The position numbers and the translations under genes were made by a program. Below, one piece after another: positions 39,301-48,619 of a stretch of DNA of 64,000 nucleotides (position 1 is its first letter; the number at the start of each line of letters is the position of its first letter). This stretch comes from Candidatus Omnitrophota bacterium. GTDB lineage: Bacteria > Omnitrophota > Gorgyraeia > Zapsychrales > Fredricksoniimonadaceae. The stretch spans positions 7,085 through 71,084 of the forward strand of contig JAGWOI010000009.1 of NCBI GenBank assembly GCA_028870995.1. The letters are read 5' to 3'. Below the pieces are notes generated by a model. That model was not told the origin of the DNA. It saw only the letters and a list, made by a program, of their open reading frames with translations, and ran no database searches.

Positions 39301-40173
39301 CAAATTTCCAAACTCGGTGAATTCGGCCTCATTGAGACGCTGAAAAAGCATGCGCCGGTGTCCAAGGCGGTCATCAAAGGCATCGGCGATGATGCTGCGG
39401 TCCTGCCTTACAGCCAGAGTAGATATTTGTTGTTTACGACTGACATGCTGGCTGAGGGCATTCATTTCACCCGCCGCATGGCACCTCAAGCCATCGGCCA
39501 CAAGGCCATGGCCTGCAACATCAGCGATATTGCGGCCATGGGGGGATATCCAACTTTTGCGGTGGTTTCCATCGGCGTTCCTAAAGCGCTGCCGGTTCGT
39601 TTTGTCAAAGAGATTTATCAGGGAATGGAGCGCCTGGCCAAAGCCTTTAATGTCAGCATTGTCGGCGGTGATACCATCAAGTCCGATAAGATCGTCATCA
39701 ATGTGGCCTTGCTGGGACTGGTGGAAAAGAAAAACTTGGTCACCCGCAGCGGTGCCAGGCCGGAGGACTGGATCTTTGTCACCGGCGCCCTGGGCGGCTC
39801 CTTGAAGAGCGGGCATCATTTGAATTTTACCCCGCGCCTGGATCAAGCCAGGTTCCTGGTCCGCAAGTTCAAGCCCAGCGCCATGATCGATATTTCCGAC
39901 GGGTTGAGCGGCGACCTGGGCCATATCCTCAAGGCAAGCGGGGTCGGCGCTTTTTTGGATTATCATCTGATACCAAGGAACAAGGGGGCGGCTTTGCCGC
40001 AGGCCCTCAATGATGGCGAGGATTTCGAACTTTTATTTACACTGCCTGCCAAACGCGCCTATGCGCTCATGACCTGGCAGGACCGCCAAAGATTAATGTA
40101 TTTCTATCCAATAGGAACGATCACGGACAATGTCAACAAAAGACCTGACGCTAAAAGCTTCGCTCACTTCTAA
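39298..40173 (+). CDS. thiL: Thiamine-monophosphate kinase
   Basis: GEFGLIETLKKH...IGDDAAVL...LLFTTDMLAEGIHF. AIR-synthase-related fold, ThiL family. Confidence 0.9.
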   Translation: MQISKLGEFGLIETLKKHAPVSKAVIKGIGDDAAVLPYSQSRYLLFTTDMLAEGIHFTRRMAPQAIGHKAMACNISDIAAMGGYPTFAVVSIGVPKALPVRFVKEIYQGMERLAKAFNVSIVGGDTIKSDKIVINVALLGLVEKKNLVTRSGARPEDWIFVTGALGGSLKSGHHLNFTPRLDQARFLVRKFKPSAMIDISDGLSGDLGHILKASGVGAFLDYHLIPRNKGAALPQALNDGEDFELLFTLPAKRAYALMTWQDRQRLMYFYPIGTITDNVNKRPDAKSFAHF

Positions 40174-40189
40174 GAGCGAAGAGGAGACC

Positions 40190-40606
40190 ATGCAATGCGC
40201 CCGGGGTTTTGCGGCCCGGCTGAAGGCAGGGGACATTGTCTTTTTGCAAGGCCAATTGGGTGCCGGCAAAACTACCTTTGTCAAAGGCCTGGTGCAGGCC
40301 TTTAAGCTCAGCCCTAAAAAGGTCAGCAGCCCCACCTTTGTGCTGATGAACTGTTATGAGGGCAGGCTGCCTATTTATCACTTTGACCTTTACCGCCTGG
40401 AGAACCCCCAAACGCTCGATACCGTTGATTTCGACGACTATTTCTACGGGGAAGGCATCAGCCTTATCGAATGGCCGGAACGTTTAGGCGGATACGCGCC
40501 TGAACATTATTATTTAGTGGAATTCCAACATCAAGGGGAGCAACAGCGAAAAATATGTATTTCCTGTCCTTCGAAACCTCGACTAAAATCTTCTCCCTCG
40601 CGTTAA
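40190..40606 (+). CDS. tsaE: tRNA threonylcarbamoyladenosine biosynthesis protein TsaE
   Basis: GDIVFLQGQLGAGKTTFVKGL...SPTFVLMNCYEG...YHFDLYRL. The ATG at 40190 sits behind a GAGGAG ribosome-binding site. The track start at 40130 overlaps thiL and is rejected. Confidence 0.88.
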   Translation: MQCARGFAARLKAGDIVFLQGQLGAGKTTFVKGLVQAFKLSPKKVSSPTFVLMNCYEGRLPIYHFDLYRLENPQTLDTVDFDDYFYGEGISLIEWPERLGGYAPEHYYLVEFQHQGEQQRKICISCPSKPRLKSSPSR

Positions 40607-41262
40607 GCTGCGATGAGAAGGTCCTGCGTTACCGCAATATCAAGACCGCCCTGGTGCTGGAAAACTCCATGCTGCCGGCGATGGACAAACTTTTGGACAG
40701 TGCCGGAATCAAATTTAACCAGATTGACGGCTTTGCCATCGCCTTAGGCCCGGGGTCTTTCACCAGCCTGCGGGTGGGGCTCTCCACGGTGAAAGCCTTC
40801 TGTCTGGCCACAGGCAAACATGTGATCGGCATCCCGACCTTGGATATTATCGCCCAAGGCGTTGCCGGCCGGTATGCCTGCGATCAGATCTGTGTCATCA
40901 GCGATGCCCGCCGCCAGAAAGTTTATGCCTGCCTTTACGGGGCCGACGGCCGCCGGCAAAGCGATTATTTATTGACCTCCTTGAGTGATATTTTGGATAA
41001 GGTGAAAGACGCCACCCTTTTTGTCGGCGATGCCGTGGGGCTTTACCGCAAGGAGATCCAGGGGGCCTACCGGAAATGCAGCTTGGATGCTTGCCAATGC
41101 CTTTTTGCTGACGAAAAATGGTGGCATCCTCAAGCCAAGGTGATGGCGGGCCTCGCTTACAGGCGTTTTTCCGGTAAGCACTATGACCAAGCGGAAAAGC
41201 TTGTGCCGATTTATTTGTACGCGCAGGATTGCCAGGTTTCCGTGCATGAAGCAAAAACGTAA
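40555..41262 (+). CDS. tsaB: tRNA threonylcarbamoyladenosine biosynthesis protein TsaB (inactive Kae1/YgjD paralogue)
   Basis: MYFLSFETSTKIFSLAL...GFAIALGPGSFTSLRVGLSTVKAF. Confidence 0.88.
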   Translation: MYFLSFETSTKIFSLALSCDEKVLRYRNIKTALVLENSMLPAMDKLLDSAGIKFNQIDGFAIALGPGSFTSLRVGLSTVKAFCLATGKHVIGIPTLDIIAQGVAGRYACDQICVISDARRQKVYACLYGADGRRQSDYLLTSLSDILDKVKDATLFVGDAVGLYRKEIQGAYRKCSLDACQCLFADEKWWHPQAKVMAGLAYRRFSGKHYDQAEKLVPIYLYAQDCQVSVHEAKT

Positions 41263-43558
41263 GAAGATCCCCCAACAGCCTAAACCTAAGTTCAGCGGTC
41301 CCCTAAGCCCTGCTGTTGCTGCCAGGCCGTTAAATAAATTTTTTGTGTTCTTATCCTGCCTGCTCATTGCGGCCTTGGGGCTGGTAATTTATTCCAATAC
41401 CTTCCGGTCACCGTTTCATTTTGATGACAATCTCTTCATAACCAATAACTTGTCCATAAGGAATATCCGGGATTTGGCGGCCATCTGGGCGTACCTGCCT
41501 TGCCGTTTTATTCTTTACCTTTCCTTTGCCTTGAATTATCACTTCAGCCACTTTCATGTTGCAGCTTATCATTTTTTTAACATTGCCGTTCATTTGACTT
41601 CCGCGCTGCTGGTCGCCTGGCTTGTGCTTTTGACGCTTGCAACACCGGTGATGAAGGAAAATGAGATCAGCCGGCATGCCGGCATAATTGCGCTCTTGTC
41701 CGGGCTGGTATTTGTCAGCCATCCGCTCCAAACCGAGGCAGTGACCTACATTCTGCAGCGCGCCGCATCCCTGGCGGCTTTGTTTTATTTGGCGTCCCTG
41801 TGTTTCTATATCAAGGCCAGGTCCCTGCAGGAAGCCCGATCGGCAGGGGCTAGGTTCTGTTATGCGGCTTCCTGGGTGGCGGCCATCCTGGCCATGTTCA
41901 CCAAGGAAAATACCATTACCCTGCCGTTGATGGTGCTGCTTTATGAGGTATGCTTTTTCAGGACAGATCGCGGCCTTAAGCTCCGCTACCTGCTGGGATT
42001 TTTACCGGCCCTTCTTATCATTCCTTTGACCATGTTGCTGACCAAGGCCGGGCATGCCGTCAGCACCCATGAAATGAAAATGGCGCTGGAAGGCGCCACG
42101 CCGATTAGCCCGTCGCAATATCTTTTCACTGAATTCAGGGTGATGGTCACCTATATCCGGCTCCTGTTTCTTCCTATCCATCAGAATGTGGACTACGACT
42201 ATCCTGTCTTCAAAAGTTTTTTTGAAGGTCCGGTGGTCTTTGGCTTTTTATTTTTGACGGCCGTCCTTGGGACAGCCGTACGTCTTTTTTCCAAATACAG
42301 GTTGATTGCGTTCTCGGTCTTCTGGTTCTTCCTGACGCTTTTGCCGGAATCGAGCATTTTCCCCATCCAGGACGTCATTTTCGAGCACAGGCTTTATTTG
42401 CCGATGGCCGGATTCAGCATGTTCCTGGCCGGCGGCTTGTATTATCTCCTGGGTCGGAAATCGATCAAAATGATGGTCGGCATACTGCTGGTGATCATAA
42501 CTCTTAATTCTGTTTTGACCTATCAAAGGAACAAAATTTGGAGAGACGACATTACGTTTTGGTCTGATGCCCTTAGCAAATCGCCCCATAAGGCTAGGCC
42601 TTATAACAATCTCGGCAAGGTCTATCTGGACCAGGGCCATGCAAAGAAAGCTCTGCCATATTTCAACAAAGCCATTGAATTGAATCCGTATGACGGCCAG
42701 GCATATTATAATCGCGGTCTTATTTTTAACGGCGAGGGGCATTATGACCGTGCTGAGGCGGATTTCGACAGGGCCATTGCCATCGATCCGATCTCGTGGG
42801 AAGCGTATAATGACCGGGGGATCTCCTACATTAATCAAGGGCGTTTGGACGAGGCCATGGCCGACCTTAATAAATCCATCGGGATCCATCCGGACGCCAG
42901 GAGTTACTATAACCGGGGGATCATATTTGACAAGAAGGGACGATTGAACCGGGCCATTGAGGATTTCAATAAAGCCATTGTGCTTAAAGCTGACTATCCC
43001 CAAGCCTACCTCAATCGCGGCCGTGATTACAGCCGCCGGCAGGATTTCAAGCGGGCCATTCTTGATTTCAAGCAAGCCATTAAGCTCAAGGCCGACTATC
43101 CCTTGGCCTATAATAATTTGGGCCTTATCTATCAGTATAAGGGCGATTACAGTCAGGCCATTCTGGATTTCGGCAGGGCCATCGCTCTTAAAAGGGATTA
43201 TGCCGAAGCTTATAATAACCGTGGATTTGCCAATGAAGACAAAGGGCATTACAATCAGGCTATTTCAGATTATAATAAAGCCGTTGAACTTGATCCCAAG
43301 GATGCCGAAGCTTATGCCAATCGCGGCAGGGTCTATGGCAGGAAGAAAAATTTCAGCCGGGCCATTGAGGATTTTAATAAGGCCATTGGACTTGCCCCTA
43401 AATTTACGCAGGCCTATATCAACCGGTCCGTGGCTTTTTATTTCATGAAGGACTACGCCCAGGCCTGGAGGGACGTGCATCAAGCAGAAGACTTAGGCGG
43501 CCGTCTTGATCCCCAATTTATCGCCGGCCTGGAAGGTGCTTCTGGAAGAGATCATTAA
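41246..43558 (+). CDS. TMTC-like protein: N-terminal multi-pass membrane domain (DUF1736/PMT-like, FHFDD motif) fused to about 12 C-terminal TPR repeats
   Basis: YSNTFRSPFHFDDNLFITNN, then about 10 TM helices, then repeated AxxxYNxGxxYxxxGxYxxAIxDFxKAIxL TPR units. Start is at the ATG at 41246; the track's 41183 start overlaps tsaB. Confidence 0.8.
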   Translation: MKQKRKKIPQQPKPKFSGPLSPAVAARPLNKFFVFLSCLLIAALGLVIYSNTFRSPFHFDDNLFITNNLSIRNIRDLAAIWAYLPCRFILYLSFALNYHFSHFHVAAYHFFNIAVHLTSALLVAWLVLLTLATPVMKENEISRHAGIIALLSGLVFVSHPLQTEAVTYILQRAASLAALFYLASLCFYIKARSLQEARSAGARFCYAASWVAAILAMFTKENTITLPLMVLLYEVCFFRTDRGLKLRYLLGFLPALLIIPLTMLLTKAGHAVSTHEMKMALEGATPISPSQYLFTEFRVMVTYIRLLFLPIHQNVDYDYPVFKSFFEGPVVFGFLFLTAVLGTAVRLFSKYRLIAFSVFWFFLTLLPESSIFPIQDVIFEHRLYLPMAGFSMFLAGGLYYLLGRKSIKMMVGILLVIITLNSVLTYQRNKIWRDDITFWSDALSKSPHKARPYNNLGKVYLDQGHAKKALPYFNKAIELNPYDGQAYYNRGLIFNGEGHYDRAEADFDRAIAIDPISWEAYNDRGISYINQGRLDEAMADLNKSIGIHPDARSYYNRGIIFDKKGRLNRAIEDFNKAIVLKADYPQAYLNRGRDYSRRQDFKRAILDFKQAIKLKADYPLAYNNLGLIYQYKGDYSQAILDFGRAIALKRDYAEAYNNRGFANEDKGHYNQAISDYNKAVELDPKDAEAYANRGRVYGRKKNFSRAIEDFNKAIGLAPKFTQAYINRSVAFYFMKDYAQAWRDVHQAEDLGGRLDPQFIAGLEGASGRDH

Positions 43559-43560
43559 AC

Positions 43561-44754
43561 ATGAACGTTAAAATATTAAATTACGAGACGGTCACCCATC
43601 CGCCGGTGTGGTGCGAACTTAACCTTCCGGCCCTGGGCCATAATTTCCAGGAATTGCAGAAGCTGTCTGCCAAACACATGTCCCATGCCAGGGGCATCAT
43701 GCCGGTCATCAAAGCCGATGCCTATGGCCATGGGATGATGCAGGTGGCGGAGGCCTTGAATAACGCCGGGTGTAAGTATTGGACGGTTTCCAATACGGGT
43801 GAGGGGGTGAGCCTGCGGGCCATGGGCTTTAAGGAACAAAAAATCCTGTTGATAGAGTCCACCTTGACCCTGGAGGCCAAGGAAATCGTGGCCTACAATC
43901 TCACCCCGACGGTTTGCAATATCGAGATGGCCCAGGCGCTGGACTATTGGGCTGCCGAGGCCGGCAAGCAGGTCCCGGTCCATATTAAGGTGGATACGGG
44001 AATGGGCCGGTTGGGCGTCACCGAAGAAGAGGCCCTGGATTTTGTCGAGACCGTCAGAAGGGAATGCCCGCATTTGATCCTGGAAGGCATTTACACGCAT
44101 TTGCCCCTGGCGGATACCGACCGTGATTTTACCGTGGCCCAGATGCGCCGTTTCCGGGATATTGTCTTTGCCCTTGAAAACCAGGATCTGACCTTTACCT
44201 ATGTCCATGCCAGCAACAGCATGGGATTGGGGGATTATAAATCAGAGCTTTTTAATTTGGCCAGGCCGGGCATTATGCTCTACGGCATCTATCCCCGCGA
44301 AGATTTAAAGGAAAAAGTGCATTTAAAGCCGGTGATGTCGATCAAGGCCCGGATCTTGTTTGTGCAGCCCATTGCCAAGGGCCGGGGCATCAGTTACGGT
44401 CACACCTTCAAGGCCAAGGAAGACATGATCGTCGCTGTTTTGCCTATTGGTTACAGTAACGGTTACCTGCGCGCTTTGTCCAACAAGGCCTTTGTGCTGG
44501 TGGAAGGGGTGCGCTGCCCGGTGGTCGGCCGCGTGACCATGGACCAGATCATTGTGGACATAACACCGGTGACCCTTTCCGGCCAGGTGCCCAAAATCGG
44601 GGATGAGGTGGTCATTATGGGATCCCAGAAAGACGAATGTATCGGCGCCAATGAACTGGCCCATTGGGCGGACACCATCAGTTATGAGATCCTTTGTTCC
44701 CTCGGCAACCGCTTGCCCCGCATCTATCTGCCCTTTGACTACCTGAAGATCTGA
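43561..44754 (+). CDS. alr: Alanine racemase
   Basis: MPVIKADAYGHGMMQVAEAL (PLP-Lys motif) and a C-terminal beta domain. Confidence 0.9.
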   Translation: MNVKILNYETVTHPPVWCELNLPALGHNFQELQKLSAKHMSHARGIMPVIKADAYGHGMMQVAEALNNAGCKYWTVSNTGEGVSLRAMGFKEQKILLIESTLTLEAKEIVAYNLTPTVCNIEMAQALDYWAAEAGKQVPVHIKVDTGMGRLGVTEEEALDFVETVRRECPHLILEGIYTHLPLADTDRDFTVAQMRRFRDIVFALENQDLTFTYVHASNSMGLGDYKSELFNLARPGIMLYGIYPREDLKEKVHLKPVMSIKARILFVQPIAKGRGISYGHTFKAKEDMIVAVLPIGYSNGYLRALSNKAFVLVEGVRCPVVGRVTMDQIIVDITPVTLSGQVPKIGDEVVIMGSQKDECIGANELAHWADTISYEILCSLGNRLPRIYLPFDYLKI

Positions 44755-44826
44755 TTTGTTTTTTCCTTTCCTGTATGTTATCCTTGTAACGAATTCTTTT
44801 CCAAACCAAAGCCAGAGCTATTCTTA

Positions 44827-47800
44827 ATGTTACGACGCCTTCTTTCTGTTTTGGTGTTGTTTTGCTTTATGGCGACATCGGTCATCCCGCCCGCCGGTGC
44901 CCAGTCTATTTCCCGTATTTTTTCAGGCCTGCCGTTTGCTTTCCCTAAGCCGGGTACCAGGGTGGACTTGAGCCGGCCTTTCACACCGGTGCTGCTCAGG
45001 GGCCTGAAGGTCCATCCCGAAAATCCTTTTCTTTTTGATTTTATCGTAGCGCCCGGCGACGAGAAATTAAGCGAGAACAAGCTTCGGCAGACCTCAAAGC
45101 GCCTGGTTAATTATTTTTTGGCGGCCTTGGCCGTGCCTCAAAAGGACCTGTGGGTCAATTTATCACCGGTGGAGAAGCACCATATCATCCCGCAAGCGCT
45201 CAACAAAACCGAGCTCGGCCGCGACCTGCTGGCCGAAGATTACATGCTCAAGCAGGTGAGTTCTTCCCTTATATATCCGGAAAGCCGTTACGGTAAGGCC
45301 TTTTGGTCCAAGGTCTATGAGGAGGCTTGGGCAAAGTTCCATGTCACCGAGGTCCCTGTCAATATATTCAATAAAATTTGGATTCTTCCCCAGAAAGCTT
45401 CGATCTACCAGAAGGGTGATACGGTTTATATCACCCAAGCGCACTTGAAAGTGATGCTCGATGAGGATTACCTGGCCGAAAGCAAGCTGGGCAAGCATGT
45501 CCCCCAGGCCAATCCGGTCCCGGTCAAGGACATCTCCAAGCAGGTCCTGCGCCAGGTCGTGCTTCCGGCGATCGAAAAAGAGGTCAATGAAGGCAAGAAT
45601 TTCGCGCGGGTCAGACAGGTGTTTTATTCCCTGATCCTCGCACAATGGTACGAGGATAATTTTAAGAAGTCGGTCCTCGACAAAGCGTATGCCGGCCGGG
45701 AGAAGGTCGGCGGCATTGATCTTAATGACCCTAAAAACAAGGCGCTGATTTACCAGCGGTATCTCGCCGCTTACAAAAAAGGGGTATTTAACTATATTAA
45801 GGAAGAGAAGGACGCTGACAACCAGGTCATACCCCGGAAATATTTTTCCGGAGGTTTTGTGGACCAGCATATCAATTTTGCCATGGCCACACAAGCAGAA
45901 CTGCTTTCGGCCAGGGGCAGGGGCAGTGTCGATATTCAGGTTGTTTTCAATCCTACTGTCGCTGAACCTCTTTCAAGCTGGTATGACCTTAAGAGACCGT
46001 GGAATATTTTTGATGAATTAAATGGCCTTATAAGGAACGGTAAATTCGACCGTCAAGGGCTTTATGCGCTTATCGACAAATATTCAGCCTATGTGAATGC
46101 CCAAACCTTATATCCCACCCAATCAGCCTGGCCGGTGCTCAAGGCGATCACCCTGTTGTCAAGGAGCGAGGAGAATGATTTGGTTGCCGCCCTTCAGCAA
46201 AGGTATCAAGGGAAGGTGCCCCCGGTATTGGTGGATAAGATTTTCCTGATGAACCGTATTTTTGACAAGGACAAGTGGCTGGCCGAGCGGCTGCCTGATC
46301 TGCAAGACCGGGCCATTTATATGCTGGCCGCGGAGATCCATTATTGGACAGGCGGTTTGGGGCCTGTCATGGAATTCCACGGCAAGGGGATGAAAGAATT
46401 GGGTGCGAATCCCAAATATATTGAACCCTGGTACCAGTATGACATTAGCGGTAACCCCTTGGACTATACGCATCCAAATCAGGGTCTTCGCAATTTGGAC
46501 GAAAATTTTATGCAGTTCTACATACGGCTGGGGAACCCCGATGGGCGTACCTTCCGGCGTGTCTATGTGAAGGTGGCCAGGGGGATCGATAAGAACGGCA
46601 TTCCTAGTTATCTTATCCGTGATGTCCAGCCGGACGGCAGTTCTTATTTCACCAAGATGCTTTATAATTACAGCGCTAAGAATAATCCGGTCAGTAAAGA
46701 AGAATCCATGGCCTTTATCAATGTGGCCAGCGCCGAGTTGATCAAACGCCTGGAAACAAAGAGAAAAAAAGATATGGAAGCAAAGGGAGAGGTGTGGCGG
46801 CCGGCCATCGTGCACGGCAACGACGGCCAGTTAGGTCCTCTGGAAGCCGTGACCATGAGCAGGTATGGTTCGGATGATGTCATCAAGCCTATTTTATGGG
46901 GTTATACCACCCATACTGATCTCAACCGCGGGGGAAACGGGGATGTCCAATGGGCGGTCAATGTTTTCTTAAAACATATGATGGGGATCAAGGATTATTA
47001 TATCAATGCTTTTAGAAGGGGTCCCCAATATATTGACTATACCAGCGGGGGCGGAAGGCTGGCCGATTTCTACGGGGCCGTGGCCAACAGCCATGCAGAC
47101 CGCATGCGGGGCAATGATCCAAACTCAATTTTGACCGCGGTCACCAACGGCGCGGTGCCGGAGGAGATGGCAGAGGTATATCATCAGGAGTTCAAAAATC
47201 TACGCGAGGAAGGAAGCATCTCCCGGGACGCTGACGTTCAAAGGCCGACGGCCCGGCAATTGGCATTGACCAAAAGAGAAGATAAAATAAGGCTCAATGA
47301 AACCGGTATCAAAATAGCTAACGGCGGCGTGGTGAAGGTTGATTTAGACAAGCCTCTCTTAGGCTATGCCCGGCGGCTCGTGCCTGAGAAGGCGGGACGG
47401 GAACGGGCCTTGACGGATGACAATATTTGGATGCTGGTGCAGCTCGGGTTTAATGTGGTTTTATTGGGCAATAATCAGCACACGGATAAGAGTGAGCAGC
47501 TTGCGGCGGGCTTGAAAGATCTTGAACGAAGGATCGCGGATGAGAAAAGGAAAAGGCCCAATGATTTCCCGGGGAACTTTCAATTTGTCGAGACTGTTAC
47601 ACGCCAACAGAAGATCATATTGTTGGGAGCTCTCGACGTCGAGATCCAGGATTCGGACAACAATGAGGCCAACGGCGCCTGGGAAGAAGACGGGGCGGCC
47701 AATGGGGCTTATGTGGGGACAGGCACTTGGAGAACAGGGGTCCTGGCGGATCAAGGGTCACCGGTGGACTTTAACCAGCCGGGCAAGGGGAACATATTGA

Positions 47801-48618
47801 TGCCGCACCAGGACACGGCCACTTCCTGGCTGGATACGGTGTATAAACCTTTAATGCAATTATGGAAAAAGGACACCGATCATGTGGATTTTTATCGCAA
47901 TTCAGCATTGGGGCCGCGCCTGAACCGTATCGCCTATTATTTACTGACTTCAGCGGATTATTTGAGGCAATATAAAGAGGCCATTGAACGCAAGGCCCAG
48001 GAAGCGAAACTGGATGAAACCACCGAGGTTGAGATCGGCCGGGATATTGGCGATGACCGGGGGACGGTGGAGGGCATCTTATATAATGGCCGCAACGGGG
48101 TCCCTTCGTTTAAATTCAGTATTGTAGGCGTACCGGAAGATTATGTGGCCACGGGAAGCGGGCTTATAGCATTTTTGAATGAAGAAGAAAGCCTGGAAGA
48201 TGAATATGGGTATAATGCTTTGCTGCAATTTTATCAAGGGGGGCAGTTTCAAACATATATGGAAGGCCTTTTTGACGGTACGGACTCCGGAGTCTTGGTG
48301 AAAGCTTGGTTGAAGAATTTGGAGAATGACAAGGAGTTGTCCATAGAAAGAAAAGAGGCGCGATTCAGGCGGTTCGTGAAAGGGCTTATCACAGTATTTG
48401 AAAACCGATTGCAGAAGCTCAACGGCTCCAATCCGGCCATGGCCGCCAACCCCGGCGGTATCAAATTCGACCATATCAACATGGATGTGCAGGGTGCCTT
48501 GTCGGCCCACGCGGTCAGCGACAAGGCGCTGGAAACCCTGCTGGCCCGTGCCCGCGGAATTTATGGGACCATCGTCGGCATGGCTCCCATTGCCGATCTT
48601 GCCGATTTTATCCGTTAA
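44827..48618 (+). CDS. Large (1263-aa) secreted hypothetical protein; the C-terminal half shows weak GT-B glucan-phosphorylase/synthase-like motifs
   Basis: N-terminal signal peptide MLRRLLSVLVLFCFMATSVIPPAGAQS. Motifs WTGGLGPV, VHGNDGQ and YTTHTD are reminiscent of YSGGLG / HLNEGH / TNHT in alpha-glucan phosphorylase-like GT-B proteins. No PLP-Lys motif is recognisable. GC is about 50%. Confidence 0.5.
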   Translation: MLRRLLSVLVLFCFMATSVIPPAGAQSISRIFSGLPFAFPKPGTRVDLSRPFTPVLLRGLKVHPENPFLFDFIVAPGDEKLSENKLRQTSKRLVNYFLAALAVPQKDLWVNLSPVEKHHIIPQALNKTELGRDLLAEDYMLKQVSSSLIYPESRYGKAFWSKVYEEAWAKFHVTEVPVNIFNKIWILPQKASIYQKGDTVYITQAHLKVMLDEDYLAESKLGKHVPQANPVPVKDISKQVLRQVVLPAIEKEVNEGKNFARVRQVFYSLILAQWYEDNFKKSVLDKAYAGREKVGGIDLNDPKNKALIYQRYLAAYKKGVFNYIKEEKDADNQVIPRKYFSGGFVDQHINFAMATQAELLSARGRGSVDIQVVFNPTVAEPLSSWYDLKRPWNIFDELNGLIRNGKFDRQGLYALIDKYSAYVNAQTLYPTQSAWPVLKAITLLSRSEENDLVAALQQRYQGKVPPVLVDKIFLMNRIFDKDKWLAERLPDLQDRAIYMLAAEIHYWTGGLGPVMEFHGKGMKELGANPKYIEPWYQYDISGNPLDYTHPNQGLRNLDENFMQFYIRLGNPDGRTFRRVYVKVARGIDKNGIPSYLIRDVQPDGSSYFTKMLYNYSAKNNPVSKEESMAFINVASAELIKRLETKRKKDMEAKGEVWRPAIVHGNDGQLGPLEAVTMSRYGSDDVIKPILWGYTTHTDLNRGGNGDVQWAVNVFLKHMMGIKDYYINAFRRGPQYIDYTSGGGRLADFYGAVANSHADRMRGNDPNSILTAVTNGAVPEEMAEVYHQEFKNLREEGSISRDADVQRPTARQLALTKREDKIRLNETGIKIANGGVVKVDLDKPLLGYARRLVPEKAGRERALTDDNIWMLVQLGFNVVLLGNNQHTDKSEQLAAGLKDLERRIADEKRKRPNDFPGNFQFVETVTRQQKIILLGALDVEIQDSDNNEANGAWEEDGAANGAYVGTGTWRTGVLADQGSPVDFNQPGKGNILMPHQDTATSWLDTVYKPLMQLWKKDTDHVDFYRNSALGPRLNRIAYYLLTSADYLRQYKEAIERKAQEAKLDETTEVEIGRDIGDDRGTVEGILYNGRNGVPSFKFSIVGVPEDYVATGSGLIAFLNEEESLEDEYGYNALLQFYQGGQFQTYMEGLFDGTDSGVLVKAWLKNLENDKELSIERKEARFRRFVKGLITVFENRLQKLNGSNPAMAANPGGIKFDHINMDVQGALSAHAVSDKALETLLARARGIYGTIVGMAPIADLADFIR

Positions 48619-48619
48619 A

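Noticed and set aside
40130-40606. Track start of tsaE at 40130 and of the TMTC-like gene at 41183
   Set aside because: Both long forms overlap the upstream gene. Internal ATGs with ribosome-binding sites (40190 and 41246) give canonical N-termini.
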